Assembly: GCA_045863335.1 (NCBI GenBank)
Contig: BTVY01000001.1
Location: 136,671 to 200,670, forward strand
Reading direction: 5' to 3'
DNA length: 64,000 nt
Source: Candidatus Hydrogenedentota bacterium
GTDB taxonomy: Bacteria; Hydrogenedentota; Hydrogenedentia; Hydrogenedentales; SLHB01
Below are positions 9,868 through 18,753 of the stretch, piece after piece; within the stretch, counting starts at the first letter, position 1, and every line of letters starts with the position of its first letter. Position numbers and translations under genes: made by a program. The notes beneath the pieces are model-generated. The model did no database searches and was not told where the DNA came from. It was given only the letters and a program-made list of their open reading frames with translations.

Positions 9868-10644
9868 ATGAAGCCGGCGTTCATTTCTCTTATCGCAGCT
9901 ATGGTCGTACTCTCCTCGTGTCAGCCTGACAAGCCTTGGTCGCCTGACGACGAACCGGGGATTGATCCCGGAAACACGTCCGAGGTGAAACCGGCGTCTC
10001 CCGTCAAGGAGCCCACCAATATCGGCGATGTGGAACAAGGATTATGGTTTGAGGCACGCCTGGTGCCGGACTCGATCCCTCCCGGCGCCACGAACGAAGA
10101 AATTGAGAATCGCCGCGATCGCCTGGCAATCGTGAACGTTACACTCCCCCGCCCGCTGCCGGACCAGTTGATGGCAGTATACACCTTAGAATCAACCCGG
10201 AACTTCGAGAATACGCCGGTCGTACTCCGCGCCCAAATCCTCGTTGACGGCGTGCCAGTTGGCAACGTCCAAGAGGTAATTGAGGTACGAAGCAGGGACA
10301 ACAAGATCACCCGTACGGTAGATTTGTTGTCGGCCTTCGAGCAGGTACCGGATTCGTTCCTTGCTACCGTGGAAGGGGAATTCTATTTGATGCCAGAAGG
10401 CACAGACGCGTCGACGCTCGACCCGGCCACGGCGACGTCGGGTTCCACGTCCAAGGCAATTCAATTCAATCCAATCCGGGTCAATGTGGTACCCGGCAAC
10501 GACGCGTCAGGCGCGATAGTCGATGACAGCGCCCCCCCGGCCATGCCGGAAACCGCAGAACCCGAAGAGACTTCGCCGACCGACACACTTCCGGCCGAGG
10601 CGCCGGTCGATGCCGGTGCCCCGGAGCCTGCCCCGGCCTCATGA
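9868..10644 (+). CDS. Hypothetical lipoprotein with acidic Pro-rich tail
   Basis: MKPAFISLIAAMVVLSSC lipoprotein signal; overlaps next gene by ATGA. Confidence 0.75.
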   Translation: MKPAFISLIAAMVVLSSCQPDKPWSPDDEPGIDPGNTSEVKPASPVKEPTNIGDVEQGLWFEARLVPDSIPPGATNEEIENRRDRLAIVNVTLPRPLPDQLMAVYTLESTRNFENTPVVLRAQILVDGVPVGNVQEVIEVRSRDNKITRTVDLLSAFEQVPDSFLATVEGEFYLMPEGTDASTLDPATATSGSTSKAIQFNPIRVNVVPGNDASGAIVDDSAPPAMPETAEPEETSPTDTLPAEAPVDAGAPEPAPAS

Positions 10645-11450
10645 ACATCGTCTGTATTGGAGCCCACCCCGACGACTGTGAATGTTTTGCGGGGGGAAGC
10701 GCCATACTGTGGGCGCGCGCGGGCCATCGGGTACTCTTCGTCTCCATGACCAATGGCGACATCGGCCATTTCCAGCAGGCCGGAGGCGTGCTCGCGCAAC
10801 GGCGAATCGCCGAGACACGGCTTTCCGCAGAACGCGGCGGGGTGCACGATCTGGTGTTAGGCTACCACGATGGCGAGTTGGCGCCTTCGCTGGACGCCCG
10901 GCGTGAGGTCGTCCGAATTATCCGGCAATGGGAGGCCGACGTCGTCCTGACGCACCGGTCGAACGACTATCACCCTGACCATCGGTACACGTCTATCCTG
11001 GTTCAAGATGCGGCATTTATGGTCACGGTGCCTCATTTCTGCCCGGAGGTTCCGCGTCTCGAACGCAATCCCGTATTCCTTTATATGGTCGATGGATTCC
11101 AGCGGCCCGTGCCGTTTCGGGCGGATGTTGGGGTTGACGTCACGGAGGTGATGGAGACCAAGCTCCACATGCTGGACGCCATGGAGTCGCAGGTGTATGA
11201 GTGGCTGCCGTGGCTCCAAGGTCACCTGGACGAAGTACCGGCGAACGCGGATGAGCGGCGGGAATGGCTACGCACGGCGTGGGACGGGTTCTTCTTCCAA
11301 CACACCGAGATCGCGCGGCCGGCACTTGAACGCTGGTATGGAGCGAATCGTGCCAAGAGGATTCGTTACGCGGAAGCTTTCGAGATCTGCGAATACGGCC
11401 ACCAGCCGAATGACGACGAGCTCCGCAGGCTGTTCCCTTTCTTCCCCTAG
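10641..11450 (+). CDS. PIG-L/LmbE family N-acetyl deacetylase
   Basis: GAHPDD, TNGD, R..E and DYHPDH metal-binding motifs. Confidence 0.92.
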   Translation: MNIVCIGAHPDDCECFAGGSAILWARAGHRVLFVSMTNGDIGHFQQAGGVLAQRRIAETRLSAERGGVHDLVLGYHDGELAPSLDARREVVRIIRQWEADVVLTHRSNDYHPDHRYTSILVQDAAFMVTVPHFCPEVPRLERNPVFLYMVDGFQRPVPFRADVGVDVTEVMETKLHMLDAMESQVYEWLPWLQGHLDEVPANADERREWLRTAWDGFFFQHTEIARPALERWYGANRAKRIRYAEAFEICEYGHQPNDDELRRLFPFFP

Positions 11451-11481
11451 CGGTAATCTTCGAACCGGTACAGAGCTGGGG

Positions 11482-11573
11482 AGAAAATTGGGGACAGGCT
11501 CCATTTTCCTACGCTGCGCTTGACCATAAACGCAGCGATCGAATAGGAAAATGGTGCCTGTCCCCAATTTTCT
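11482..11573. repeat. REP-like 30-bp inverted repeat pair between convergent genes
   Basis: AGAAAATTGGGGACAGGCTCCATTTTCCTA (11482-11511) and TAGGAAAATGGTGCCTGTCCCCAATTTTCT (11544-11573), one mismatch; inner CGCTGCG/CGCAGCG stem. Confidence 0.9.
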
Positions 11574-13401
11574 ACTCCGTCGCGACGACGACTTCCTCGG
11601 TCCCAAAGGACATGCGGTTACCTCGCGAGACTACGATTTGGGTGCCGGTGGGATCGTGATGGACGACGATCGCTGCGGGCGACTCGGAAACGGACTCGAG
11701 ATACCATCCTTCTCCGATGAGGTCGCCGGCTTGGAGCAGACGGGAGCCAGTGGACGTGCCATTTCCGTCCCAGGTTTCCACGGCTGCTTTTCCCCCGATG
11801 ATACCGGTGAACAGGAATCCGCCGAGGGACACAAGGCGAATCTCTGGTCCCACATCCTTGTCATCCGAAGCTGCGGAAGCCGGAGACTCTGTAACGGGAA
11901 TCGCCGAGTCCGGTTGCGGAAGGTTCAACGGGTTTCGGGCCTCGGCATTGGGTGAAAGATACCGGGTTGGCAGCGGGATCTCGTAGCGGGCTACGGGGCG
12001 GCCGCTTCGCCAGGTGAACGTGAGCATGATGGATTCCGCGTCGGCGCCGGCAACGCTGACTTGCCGCAAATCGAGGACCAGCTCGACTTGGGAACCCGGC
12101 CGAACTTCCACAACCGGAAGCTCGAGCGACGGGGTGTTTGGCAAATGCCACAGCTCCGGGGAATAGGGCAGGGGCCGGTAGTTTTCCGTTCCTTTTTCTC
12201 GTACCTCGATTTCCGCGCCCAAGTTGGGCGCGTCTCCACCGGACTGGACCGTTGCGTTGTCGTCCGGCCACGGAACGGCCAGCCGCAAGGTGTCCCGGCT
12301 TCCGTTCTTGCAGAGGACGCGTACAAGTCCGGTTGTGCTGTCATCACGAGCCAATTCGAAGCGCACGCTGCCAGGCTCCGGTCCGAAGAAGAGGAACAGC
12401 GCAACGACCGCGGCAATCGCGGCTACACCGGCCGCCAGCGTCAATGAAACGGTCATGGAATGGACGAGTGAATCGCTCCATGGGCTGACGCGTAACGCGC
12501 CGACGACGATCATCACCAGGGCGCCGGCGCCGTACAGAACGGGACCCACGTGAAGCGCGGCCCAAAGCTGCCGGAAATCCTCCGCGTGAACGCGGTCCGC
12601 GCCGGCCATCACGACGGAGAGCAGCACCCCGGCCAGCATAAGCAATCCCATGCTCAAAACTGCCCATCCCAATGCTGGGCCACGGACGCGCAAAAGGATG
12701 ACCACGGCGGCAATCGGTGCGAGCACATAGGCAATCCATGCCAACCGGGCAATCGGGTTGGGTCCATCCAGCGACAGGTCCAGACCGACCCGGAACATGG
12801 ATTCTGCTTCGGCGCCTCGCAGCACCCAGGGCAGGAACACCGCGAGGATACAGACGATCCCGCCCGACAGGATTGAAATCAACTCCCAGCGTTTGGGGTA
12901 GATGTGCGCGGTGGGGGCGGGCGATTCCTCGGTCGTTCCTGAAATCGAAGCGATCCGGCGGGGGTAATCATCCAAAGGCAGATCGACGAATTCGCCCAAC
13001 TCTTCTGGCGTCTCCGCGGCAGATCGGGCATCAACGATGCGCAACTCAGCACGGAGCGCTTCTATCCGATCCGATAGCGCGCGGTTTCGGTCGTTCGCCT
13101 CCGGGGCCGAAAGGCGTCCCGACGCCACGCGCTCAGGAAGGTGTGCCTGTTCGTGGCGTTTCGCCCGCAATTCCGCGCGCAGGTTCTCGGCCCGGGCTTG
13201 TTCCCGCTTGCGGAACCGGTCGACCGCTTCATTGGCCTGCGATTGCGCCTGTCTGAGATCCCGTTGGCGGACCTGAAAATCCGGCTCCGGTATCGCGCCA
13301 TTCATCAACGCCGTCTCAAGACTAGCAAGTTCAGCGGCGGCCTTCGCGCGATACGAAAGCGCCAATCGAAGTGGTATTGTGGCGTCGGGTTCCGGCGACA
13401 T
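11572..13401 (-). CDS. Hypothetical membrane protein: coiled-coil N-terminus, ~5 TM helices, extracytoplasmic C-terminal domains
   Basis: Open frame from ATG 13401, 2 nt after the pyrG stop; hydrophobicity pattern. Confidence 0.75.
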   Translation of the reverse strand: MSPEPDATIPLRLALSYRAKAAAELASLETALMNGAIPEPDFQVRQRDLRQAQSQANEAVDRFRKREQARAENLRAELRAKRHEQAHLPERVASGRLSAPEANDRNRALSDRIEALRAELRIVDARSAAETPEELGEFVDLPLDDYPRRIASISGTTEESPAPTAHIYPKRWELISILSGGIVCILAVFLPWVLRGAEAESMFRVGLDLSLDGPNPIARLAWIAYVLAPIAAVVILLRVRGPALGWAVLSMGLLMLAGVLLSVVMAGADRVHAEDFRQLWAALHVGPVLYGAGALVMIVVGALRVSPWSDSLVHSMTVSLTLAAGVAAIAAVVALFLFFGPEPGSVRFELARDDSTTGLVRVLCKNGSRDTLRLAVPWPDDNATVQSGGDAPNLGAEIEVREKGTENYRPLPYSPELWHLPNTPSLELPVVEVRPGSQVELVLDLRQVSVAGADAESIMLTFTWRSGRPVARYEIPLPTRYLSPNAEARNPLNLPQPDSAIPVTESPASAASDDKDVGPEIRLVSLGGFLFTGIIGGKAAVETWDGNGTSTGSRLLQAGDLIGEGWYLESVSESPAAIVVHHDPTGTQIVVSRGNRMSFGTEEVVVATE

Positions 13402-13403
13402 TC

Positions 13404-15065
13404 TCACACGCCCGATGGCACGCCCGCTTCGGACGATACCCGCGAACGCTTGTACGTAAGCGCCGCCCGCACGAACTCCCGGAAGAGGGGCTGGGGCCGC
13501 AGCGGCATGCTGGTGAATTCCGGGTGGAACTGGGCGCCGCAGAACCATGGATGGTCTCGGAGTTCGATAATCTCGACGAGCTCATGGTCGCTCCGGGGAT
13601 GCACGCCGCTGATGACAACGCCGGCTTCCGCCTCAAGGCGCGCCATATACGCGTTGTTGAACTCGTACCGGTGCCGGTGCCGCTCTTCCACGGTGTCTTC
13701 GCCGTAGGCCTCGCGGGCCTTGGTGCCTTCCTTCAAGTCGCACCGGTACGCGCCCAGGCGCATGGTCCCTCCCATGTCGTGGACGCCTCGCTGCTCGGAC
13801 AACAGCGAGATCACAGGGTCCGGTGTTTCCGGGTTGAACTCGGTGGAATTGGCGGTGGCCAGGCCAAGACAGGTGCGCGACATCTCGATTACGGCGATCT
13901 GCATACCAAGACAGATCCCGAAGAAGGGCTTCTTCGACGTGCGAACGTAGTTGACGGCGCGAATTTTGCCTTCGATCCCCCGGGAACCGAAGCCGGGCCC
14001 AATCAACACGCCATCGAACTTGGCGAGTTTGTCCTTGGGCAGGGTGCCGTTCTCGAAGATCTCGGAGTCCACCCATTCCAGTTTTACGCGGCAGTCGTTG
14101 GCCACGCCGGCGTGGACGAAGGCTTCGTTAATGCTCTTGTAAGCGTCGTCGTGGTCGACGTACTTGCCGACCGCGGCGATGCGCACTTCGTCGGCGGGTT
14201 CGGTGATCTTCTGAACAAAGGATGACCACGCCGAGAGATCGGCTTCGGGCGCTTCCATGCCCAAGGTGCGCAGCACGATGTCGTCGAAACGTTGACGTTT
14301 GAAATTCAGCGGGATCGCGTACACGGGCGAAACGTCGGGCGCGCCGATAATCGCGTCTTCGATGACGTTGCAGAACATGGCGATCTTGCGCCGCTGGTCC
14401 GGACCCATTTCGTGGGTGCCCGTCCGGCAGATGATGACCTGGGGCTGGATACCGATGTCGCGCAGGGCGCGCACGCTGTGTTGCGTGGGTTTTGTCTTGA
14501 GTTCGCCCGCGGCCTCGATGAAAGGCAGCAGCGTCACGTGGATGTTGCAGCACGGCTCGGGATAGACGTCGAGGTTGAATTGGCGAATGGCCTCCATGAA
14601 GGGCAAACTCTCGATATCGCCGACGGTCCCCCCCACTTCGATCAGCGCAATGTCGGCTTCGTCTTCCGGTTCCGCGGTGAGCGAGCGAATACGGCGTTTA
14701 ATCTCGTCCGTGATGTGCGGGATGACCTGGACAGTCTTGCCGAGGTATTCGCCGCGACGCTCTTTCTCAATCACCGTATGGTAGATACCGCCGGTAGTCG
14801 CGTTGCTTTTTTGGGAGATTTTGGCGTGGGTGAAGCGCTGATAATGGCCGAGGTCGAGATCGGTTTCGGCGCCGTCGTGGGTGACGAACACCTCGCCGTG
14901 CTCGAAGGGATTCATGGTCCCCGGATCGACGTTGATGTACGGGTCCAGCTTCATCATTGCAATCTTGAGCCCGCGCGCTTCGAGGAGAAGCCCCAGGCTG
15001 GCCGCGGCAATACCCTTGCCGACCGATGAAACGACTCCGCCCGTGATGAAAACATATTTCGGCAT
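13404..15065 (-). CDS. pyrG: CTP synthase
   Basis: KYVFITGGVVSSVGKG, DPYINVDPGTM, GICLGMQ, ERHRHRYE, QFHPE. Confidence 0.99.
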   Translation of the reverse strand: MPKYVFITGGVVSSVGKGIAAASLGLLLEARGLKIAMMKLDPYINVDPGTMNPFEHGEVFVTHDGAETDLDLGHYQRFTHAKISQKSNATTGGIYHTVIEKERRGEYLGKTVQVIPHITDEIKRRIRSLTAEPEDEADIALIEVGGTVGDIESLPFMEAIRQFNLDVYPEPCCNIHVTLLPFIEAAGELKTKPTQHSVRALRDIGIQPQVIICRTGTHEMGPDQRRKIAMFCNVIEDAIIGAPDVSPVYAIPLNFKRQRFDDIVLRTLGMEAPEADLSAWSSFVQKITEPADEVRIAAVGKYVDHDDAYKSINEAFVHAGVANDCRVKLEWVDSEIFENGTLPKDKLAKFDGVLIGPGFGSRGIEGKIRAVNYVRTSKKPFFGICLGMQIAVIEMSRTCLGLATANSTEFNPETPDPVISLLSEQRGVHDMGGTMRLGAYRCDLKEGTKAREAYGEDTVEERHRHRYEFNNAYMARLEAEAGVVISGVHPRSDHELVEIIELRDHPWFCGAQFHPEFTSMPLRPQPLFREFVRAALTYKRSRVSSEAGVPSGV

Positions 15066-15838
15066 TACCCCGCTCCCTCCAGCGCCCCCTCGAGCATAGT
15101 ACGCACCCGTTCCAAATCCTCCGGCGTGTCCACGCCAATACTACGATACGATGTATTCACCACGGCTATTGGATAGCCATGTTCGAGCACCCGCAGTTGC
15201 TCGAGTTTCTCCAGTTGTTCCAACGGCGTTTGAGGCCACCGCGCGTATTCAATCAAAAAGTCGCGCCGGTACACGTACAATCCGATGTGTTGCCAACGGC
15301 ACCCGATGGGTTCCTCACCCGGCCGCGCATCGCGGATGTACGGTATGGAATGGCGCGAGAAGTACAGGGCTCTGCCATTCTTATCGCACACAACTTTCAC
15401 GATGTTGGGGTCCGCGATCTCGGCGCGGTCGGAGATGGCGCGCCGCGCCGTGGACATGGGAACCTCCGGATTGTCGAGCAGGGCCTGGATCGCTTCGTCG
15501 ATGGTATGGGGATCGATAAGCGGCTCATCGCCCTGCACGTTCACGATGATGTCCGCGCGGTGCGTCTCGGCGACTTCGGCGATCCGGTCCGTTCCCGAGG
15601 GATGATCCGCGCGGGTCATTACCACGGGCACCTTCAACGGCTCCAGGGCGGCGCGTACCTTCGCATCGTCCGTGGCCACGACCACTTCCGAGACGAGGGC
15701 GGCTTCACATGTGCGCAGATAGGTGTGGTACACCAGGGGCCTTCCGGCCAGCGGTGCGATGACTTTCCCGGGAAATCGAGTGGAGGCAAACCGGGCGGGA
15801 ATCACTGCGAGCACGCGCTCTTTTCCTGCCTCTGCCAT
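15065..15838 (-). CDS. kdsB: 3-deoxy-manno-octulosonate cytidylyltransferase
   Basis: IPARFASTRFPGK, SGTDR, NVQGDEP, ALYFSR, LEQLR, GVDT. Confidence 0.97.
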   Translation of the reverse strand: MAEAGKERVLAVIPARFASTRFPGKVIAPLAGRPLVYHTYLRTCEAALVSEVVVATDDAKVRAALEPLKVPVVMTRADHPSGTDRIAEVAETHRADIIVNVQGDEPLIDPHTIDEAIQALLDNPEVPMSTARRAISDRAEIADPNIVKVVCDKNGRALYFSRHSIPYIRDARPGEEPIGCRWQHIGLYVYRRDFLIEYARWPQTPLEQLEKLEQLRVLEHGYPIAVVNTSYRSIGVDTPEDLERVRTMLEGALEGAG

Positions 15839-16104
15839 GAAAAGTCCTTACCGTGGATGCACCAAAACCACTGCGGATTCAACATACTTCGGTTAGGATT
15901 TGAGGAAGGAGAGTCCCGTTTCCTAACGGGATTGTATGGTATCACAGGCCTCGCCCGTTTTCAACGAAAAATCGGCGGCAAGCACAATTTGTAGAGTTTT
16001 TCGAGGTAATGAGTACCAGATATTTGATTTTCGAACTCTGAAGCACCAAACCGACAACGCAGACGGGGTTAGTGGTTCAACGGTCCAGGACCTCTGGGAA
16101 TGGC

Positions 16105-16129
16105 CGGACGGATCAGACGGATCGGACGG
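16105..16129. repeat. Short 9-bp tandem repeat (CRGACGGAT x~3)
   Basis: cggacggat-cagacggat-cggacgg in the intergenic region. Confidence 0.6.
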
Positions 16130-16165
16130 CTCAATCTCTGGTAGGGCGGGTCGGTCCGCGCAGGG

Positions 16166-17266
16166 CTACATTTTCGCAGCGAGCTTGGATTCCTCGGTGC
16201 CGTGGACTTCTTCGATCTGGTCTTTGTGGATGCGGAGGTTTCGGCCGCCGGCTTCGATGTAGAAGTAGTCGCCTTCGGCCACGACGCGGTCGGCTTCCTG
16301 GATGGCGCCGCTCTTGAAGTGGACCTTGGGTTTTCCGGCGGGAGCGGGAGCGATTGGCTTCACCGTCGCGATGGTCTTCTGGGGCTCGTTCTTGGCGAGG
16401 AGTTTGGGCGTCTCCGCGTGGGGGAGCACTTTCGGATACTGGATGCTATTCCCGTTCCCTGCGTATACCTTCCAACGGTCCAGCACCAGCCGCACGTAGT
16501 TCTGCGTTTCCTTGAAGGGCGGAATGCCATCGTACTTCTTTACGTTCTCGGGCCCCGCGTTGTACCCCGCGAGAGCCAGCGAGACGTTGCCGTGGAACAC
16601 ATCGAGCAACTTCGCAAAGAACTGCGTGCCGCCGGCGATGTTCTCCGCGGGATCGAAGATGTTGCGCACGCCCATGTCTTTCGCGGTGCCGGGCATGAGC
16701 TGCATGAGCCCGCTCGCGCCTTTGCTGGATACCGCGTTCGGGTTGCCCCGGCTTTCCACATGGATCATCGCGTGGACGAGGCTTTCGTCAAGGCCATACT
16801 TGTTGCAGTAGAGCCGCACGAGTTCGTGGATTTGCGAATCCGTGTACCGCATGGGCGGCGTGCGGTAGCGATCCGGGATCACGATGGGATCGAAATCGAT
16901 CTTGATCTCGTTGTAGTCGTCGCGCTTGCGGTACTTGTAGGTGCGGTTCGTGAGCATGGTCGCGCCGCCGTCGTCCGGCTCGAAGGCACCGAAGGAATTC
17001 AAACGGCCCGACATCTTGCGTTGGCGAAGCAACTCATTCTTGAGTTCCGCTTGACGGCGGGCGCGATCCAGTTGTTCGCGACGATTCTCCATGGATGGTG
17101 ACGCACCGGGGGACTTGATGATGGCGGTTCGATTGGCGGGCGCGCCTTGCGCCGCGGCAAGTGGAATGGTCATCGCGTAGATGCAGACGCAGAGGGACAC
17201 TTTCAGGAGTATCCGTGCCGAACGAGAGGATCCCGCTCCCCGCGATGAAGTTGCGCGCTTCACCAT
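16166..17266 (-). CDS. Soluble lytic transglycosylase (SLT domain)
   Basis: IHVES, AVSSKGASGLMQLMP, ALAGYNAGP, PPFKETQNYV; start 17266 supported by promoter. Confidence 0.93.
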   Translation of the reverse strand: MVKRATSSRGAGSSRSARILLKVSLCVCIYAMTIPLAAAQGAPANRTAIIKSPGASPSMENRREQLDRARRQAELKNELLRQRKMSGRLNSFGAFEPDDGGATMLTNRTYKYRKRDDYNEIKIDFDPIVIPDRYRTPPMRYTDSQIHELVRLYCNKYGLDESLVHAMIHVESRGNPNAVSSKGASGLMQLMPGTAKDMGVRNIFDPAENIAGGTQFFAKLLDVFHGNVSLALAGYNAGPENVKKYDGIPPFKETQNYVRLVLDRWKVYAGNGNSIQYPKVLPHAETPKLLAKNEPQKTIATVKPIAPAPAGKPKVHFKSGAIQEADRVVAEGDYFYIEAGGRNLRIHKDQIEEVHGTEESKLAAKM

Positions 17267-17272
17267 GTCAAG

Positions 17273-17301
17273 AGTATACCCCACTCCCTGCAATCTGACA
17301 A
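17273..17301 (-). promoter_or_regulatory. Sigma70 promoter for the SLT gene (predicted leaderless transcript)
   Basis: Minus strand TTGTCA-17 nt-TATACT followed by 6 nt and then ATG at 17266. Confidence 0.65.
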
Positions 17302-17367
17302 GCACTTCCCGCCGATGCCGCAGCCCGCGTACCGACAGAAACGTAGAGTACATCCTGTACCACCCTC

Positions 17368-17396
17368 TTGACAAGTCTCAAAAATTGTATTAAAGT
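17368..17396 (+). promoter_or_regulatory. Sigma70 promoter of the GntR-ABC operon
   Basis: TTGACA (17368-17373)-17 nt-TAAAGT (17391-17396). Confidence 0.75.
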
Positions 17397-17407
17397 ATGC
17401 ATACAAT
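17384..17407. promoter_or_regulatory. Probable YtrA-type GntR operator overlapping the -10 box
   Basis: Inverted repeat ATTGTAT-N10-ATACAAT, resembling TGTA...TACA operators of the YtrA subfamily. Confidence 0.7.
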
Positions 17408-17429
17408 CTCCAAACGGAGGGTTTGCAGT

Positions 17430-17849
17430 ATGCGGCTTCATCTCTCTCCCAAAAACGGGGTCCCCCTCTACCTCCAGATCGTCAGCCAAATCAAGTATCT
17501 CGTCGCCTCCGGCCGGCTGACGGCGGGCGACGAAATCCCCCCCATCCGGGTGCTGGCGGAACAACTACTGGTCAATCCCAACACCGTGGCGCGGGCCTAC
17601 CGGGAACTGGAAATCGCGGGGGTGCTCACTAAACGTCAGGGCGCGGGCACCTATGTCTCCGACGCGGGGACGCCCCTGGCCTGGGCAGAGCGGCAGAAGA
17701 TTCTACGAGAACGTGTGGCGGCGCTCGTCACCGAGGCGCACCAGCTTGACGTTCCCGTCGACGTGGTCTTTGAGATGATTCGAGAGCAAGACGCGGAACT
17801 CGCCGTACGCGAGGCGCGAGTGAGTGGGGAGGATGAATCCGATGAGTAA
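17430..17849 (+). CDS. GntR family transcriptional regulator, YtrA subfamily
   Basis: PLYLQI, IPPIRVLAEQLLVNPNTVARAYRELE, RQGAGTYV; short C-terminus; GGAGG RBS. Confidence 0.95.
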   Translation: MRLHLSPKNGVPLYLQIVSQIKYLVASGRLTAGDEIPPIRVLAEQLLVNPNTVARAYRELEIAGVLTKRQGAGTYVSDAGTPLAWAERQKILRERVAALVTEAHQLDVPVDVVFEMIREQDAELAVREARVSGEDESDE

Positions 17850-18753
17850 TGCAGCGAATCCTATGACGGAAACGGTCGCGGAGGTGACCCATCTGACGAA
17901 GCACTTCGGGAAGACGGCGGCCTTGCAGGACGTGTCGCTGGCGATCCCGCGGGGGGGCGTGTTCGGACTGGTGGGCGAGAACGGCGCGGGCAAGACGACG
18001 CTAATCAAACATCTGCTGGGCCTGCTGAAACCCGAGAGCGGCGTGGTCCGCGTGTTCGAGAAAGACCCGGTGCGTCAGCCGGAAGAGGTGTTGGCGCAGA
18101 TCGGCTACTTGTCCGAAGACCACGACCTGCCGCACTGGATGCGCATCCACGAGCTGATGCGGTACACGAAGTCCTTCTATCCCAAGTGGGACGACGCCTA
18201 TGCGAAGGAATTGCTGGAGACCTTCGGGCTCGACCCCTATGCGAAAGTAAAGAATTTGTCCCGCGGCCAGCGCGCCCAGGCAGGGCTCCTCACCGCCCTG
18301 GCCCATCGACCTCCACTCCTCTTGCTCGATGAACCGTCGTCGGGGCTGGACGCGGTGGTGCGGCGGGACATATTAGGCGCCATCATCCGCACGGTGGCCG
18401 AGGAGGGGCGCACGGTGCTGTTCTCGTCGCACCTGCTGGATGAAGTGGAGCGCGTGGCAGACCGTATCGCCATGATCAGCCGGAGCCGGGTGGTGCTGTG
18501 CGATTCGATGGAACACATCAAGGCAACGCACCACGCGATCACGCTCCACTTCGACGAGCCGGTCGTCCAGGCGCCGCAACTCGCGGGCGCGCTCTCCGTG
18601 GACGGCAGCGGCAAGGAGTGGACGGCAGTGTGCAACGGCCGGCTCGAAGACCTGCGCGCGTCGGTGGCCGAACTCAATGCGAAAATCGTCGGCGAAGCGA
18701 CGCCCAGTCTCGAAGACATCTTCGTGGCCCGCGCCGGCCGGAGGGCGGTGTAA
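17842..18753 (+). CDS. ABC transporter ATP-binding protein (ABC-2/YtrB type)
   Basis: GENGAGKTT Walker A, LSRGQ signature, LLLLDEP Walker B, SSH. Confidence 0.96.
   Translation: MSNAANPMTETVAEVTHLTKHFGKTAALQDVSLAIPRGGVFGLVGENGAGKTTLIKHLLGLLKPESGVVRVFEKDPVRQPEEVLAQIGYLSEDHDLPHWMRIHELMRYTKSFYPKWDDAYAKELLETFGLDPYAKVKNLSRGQRAQAGLLTALAHRPPLLLLDEPSSGLDAVVRRDILGAIIRTVAEEGRTVLFSSHLLDEVERVADRIAMISRSRVVLCDSMEHIKATHHAITLHFDEPVVQAPQLAGALSVDGSGKEWTAVCNGRLEDLRASVAELNAKIVGEATPSLEDIFVARAGRRAV

Noticed and set aside
10641-11450. Calling the PIG-L protein bshB
   Set aside because: Family motifs do not define the substrate, and no bshA or bshC is adjacent
18498-18752. N-terminal extensions in the ORF track (also 20219, 8765, 30460, 13548, 53704, 45431, 3883, 17374)
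   Set aside because: They overlap neighbouring genes or promoters; downstream starts have better RBS or motif support
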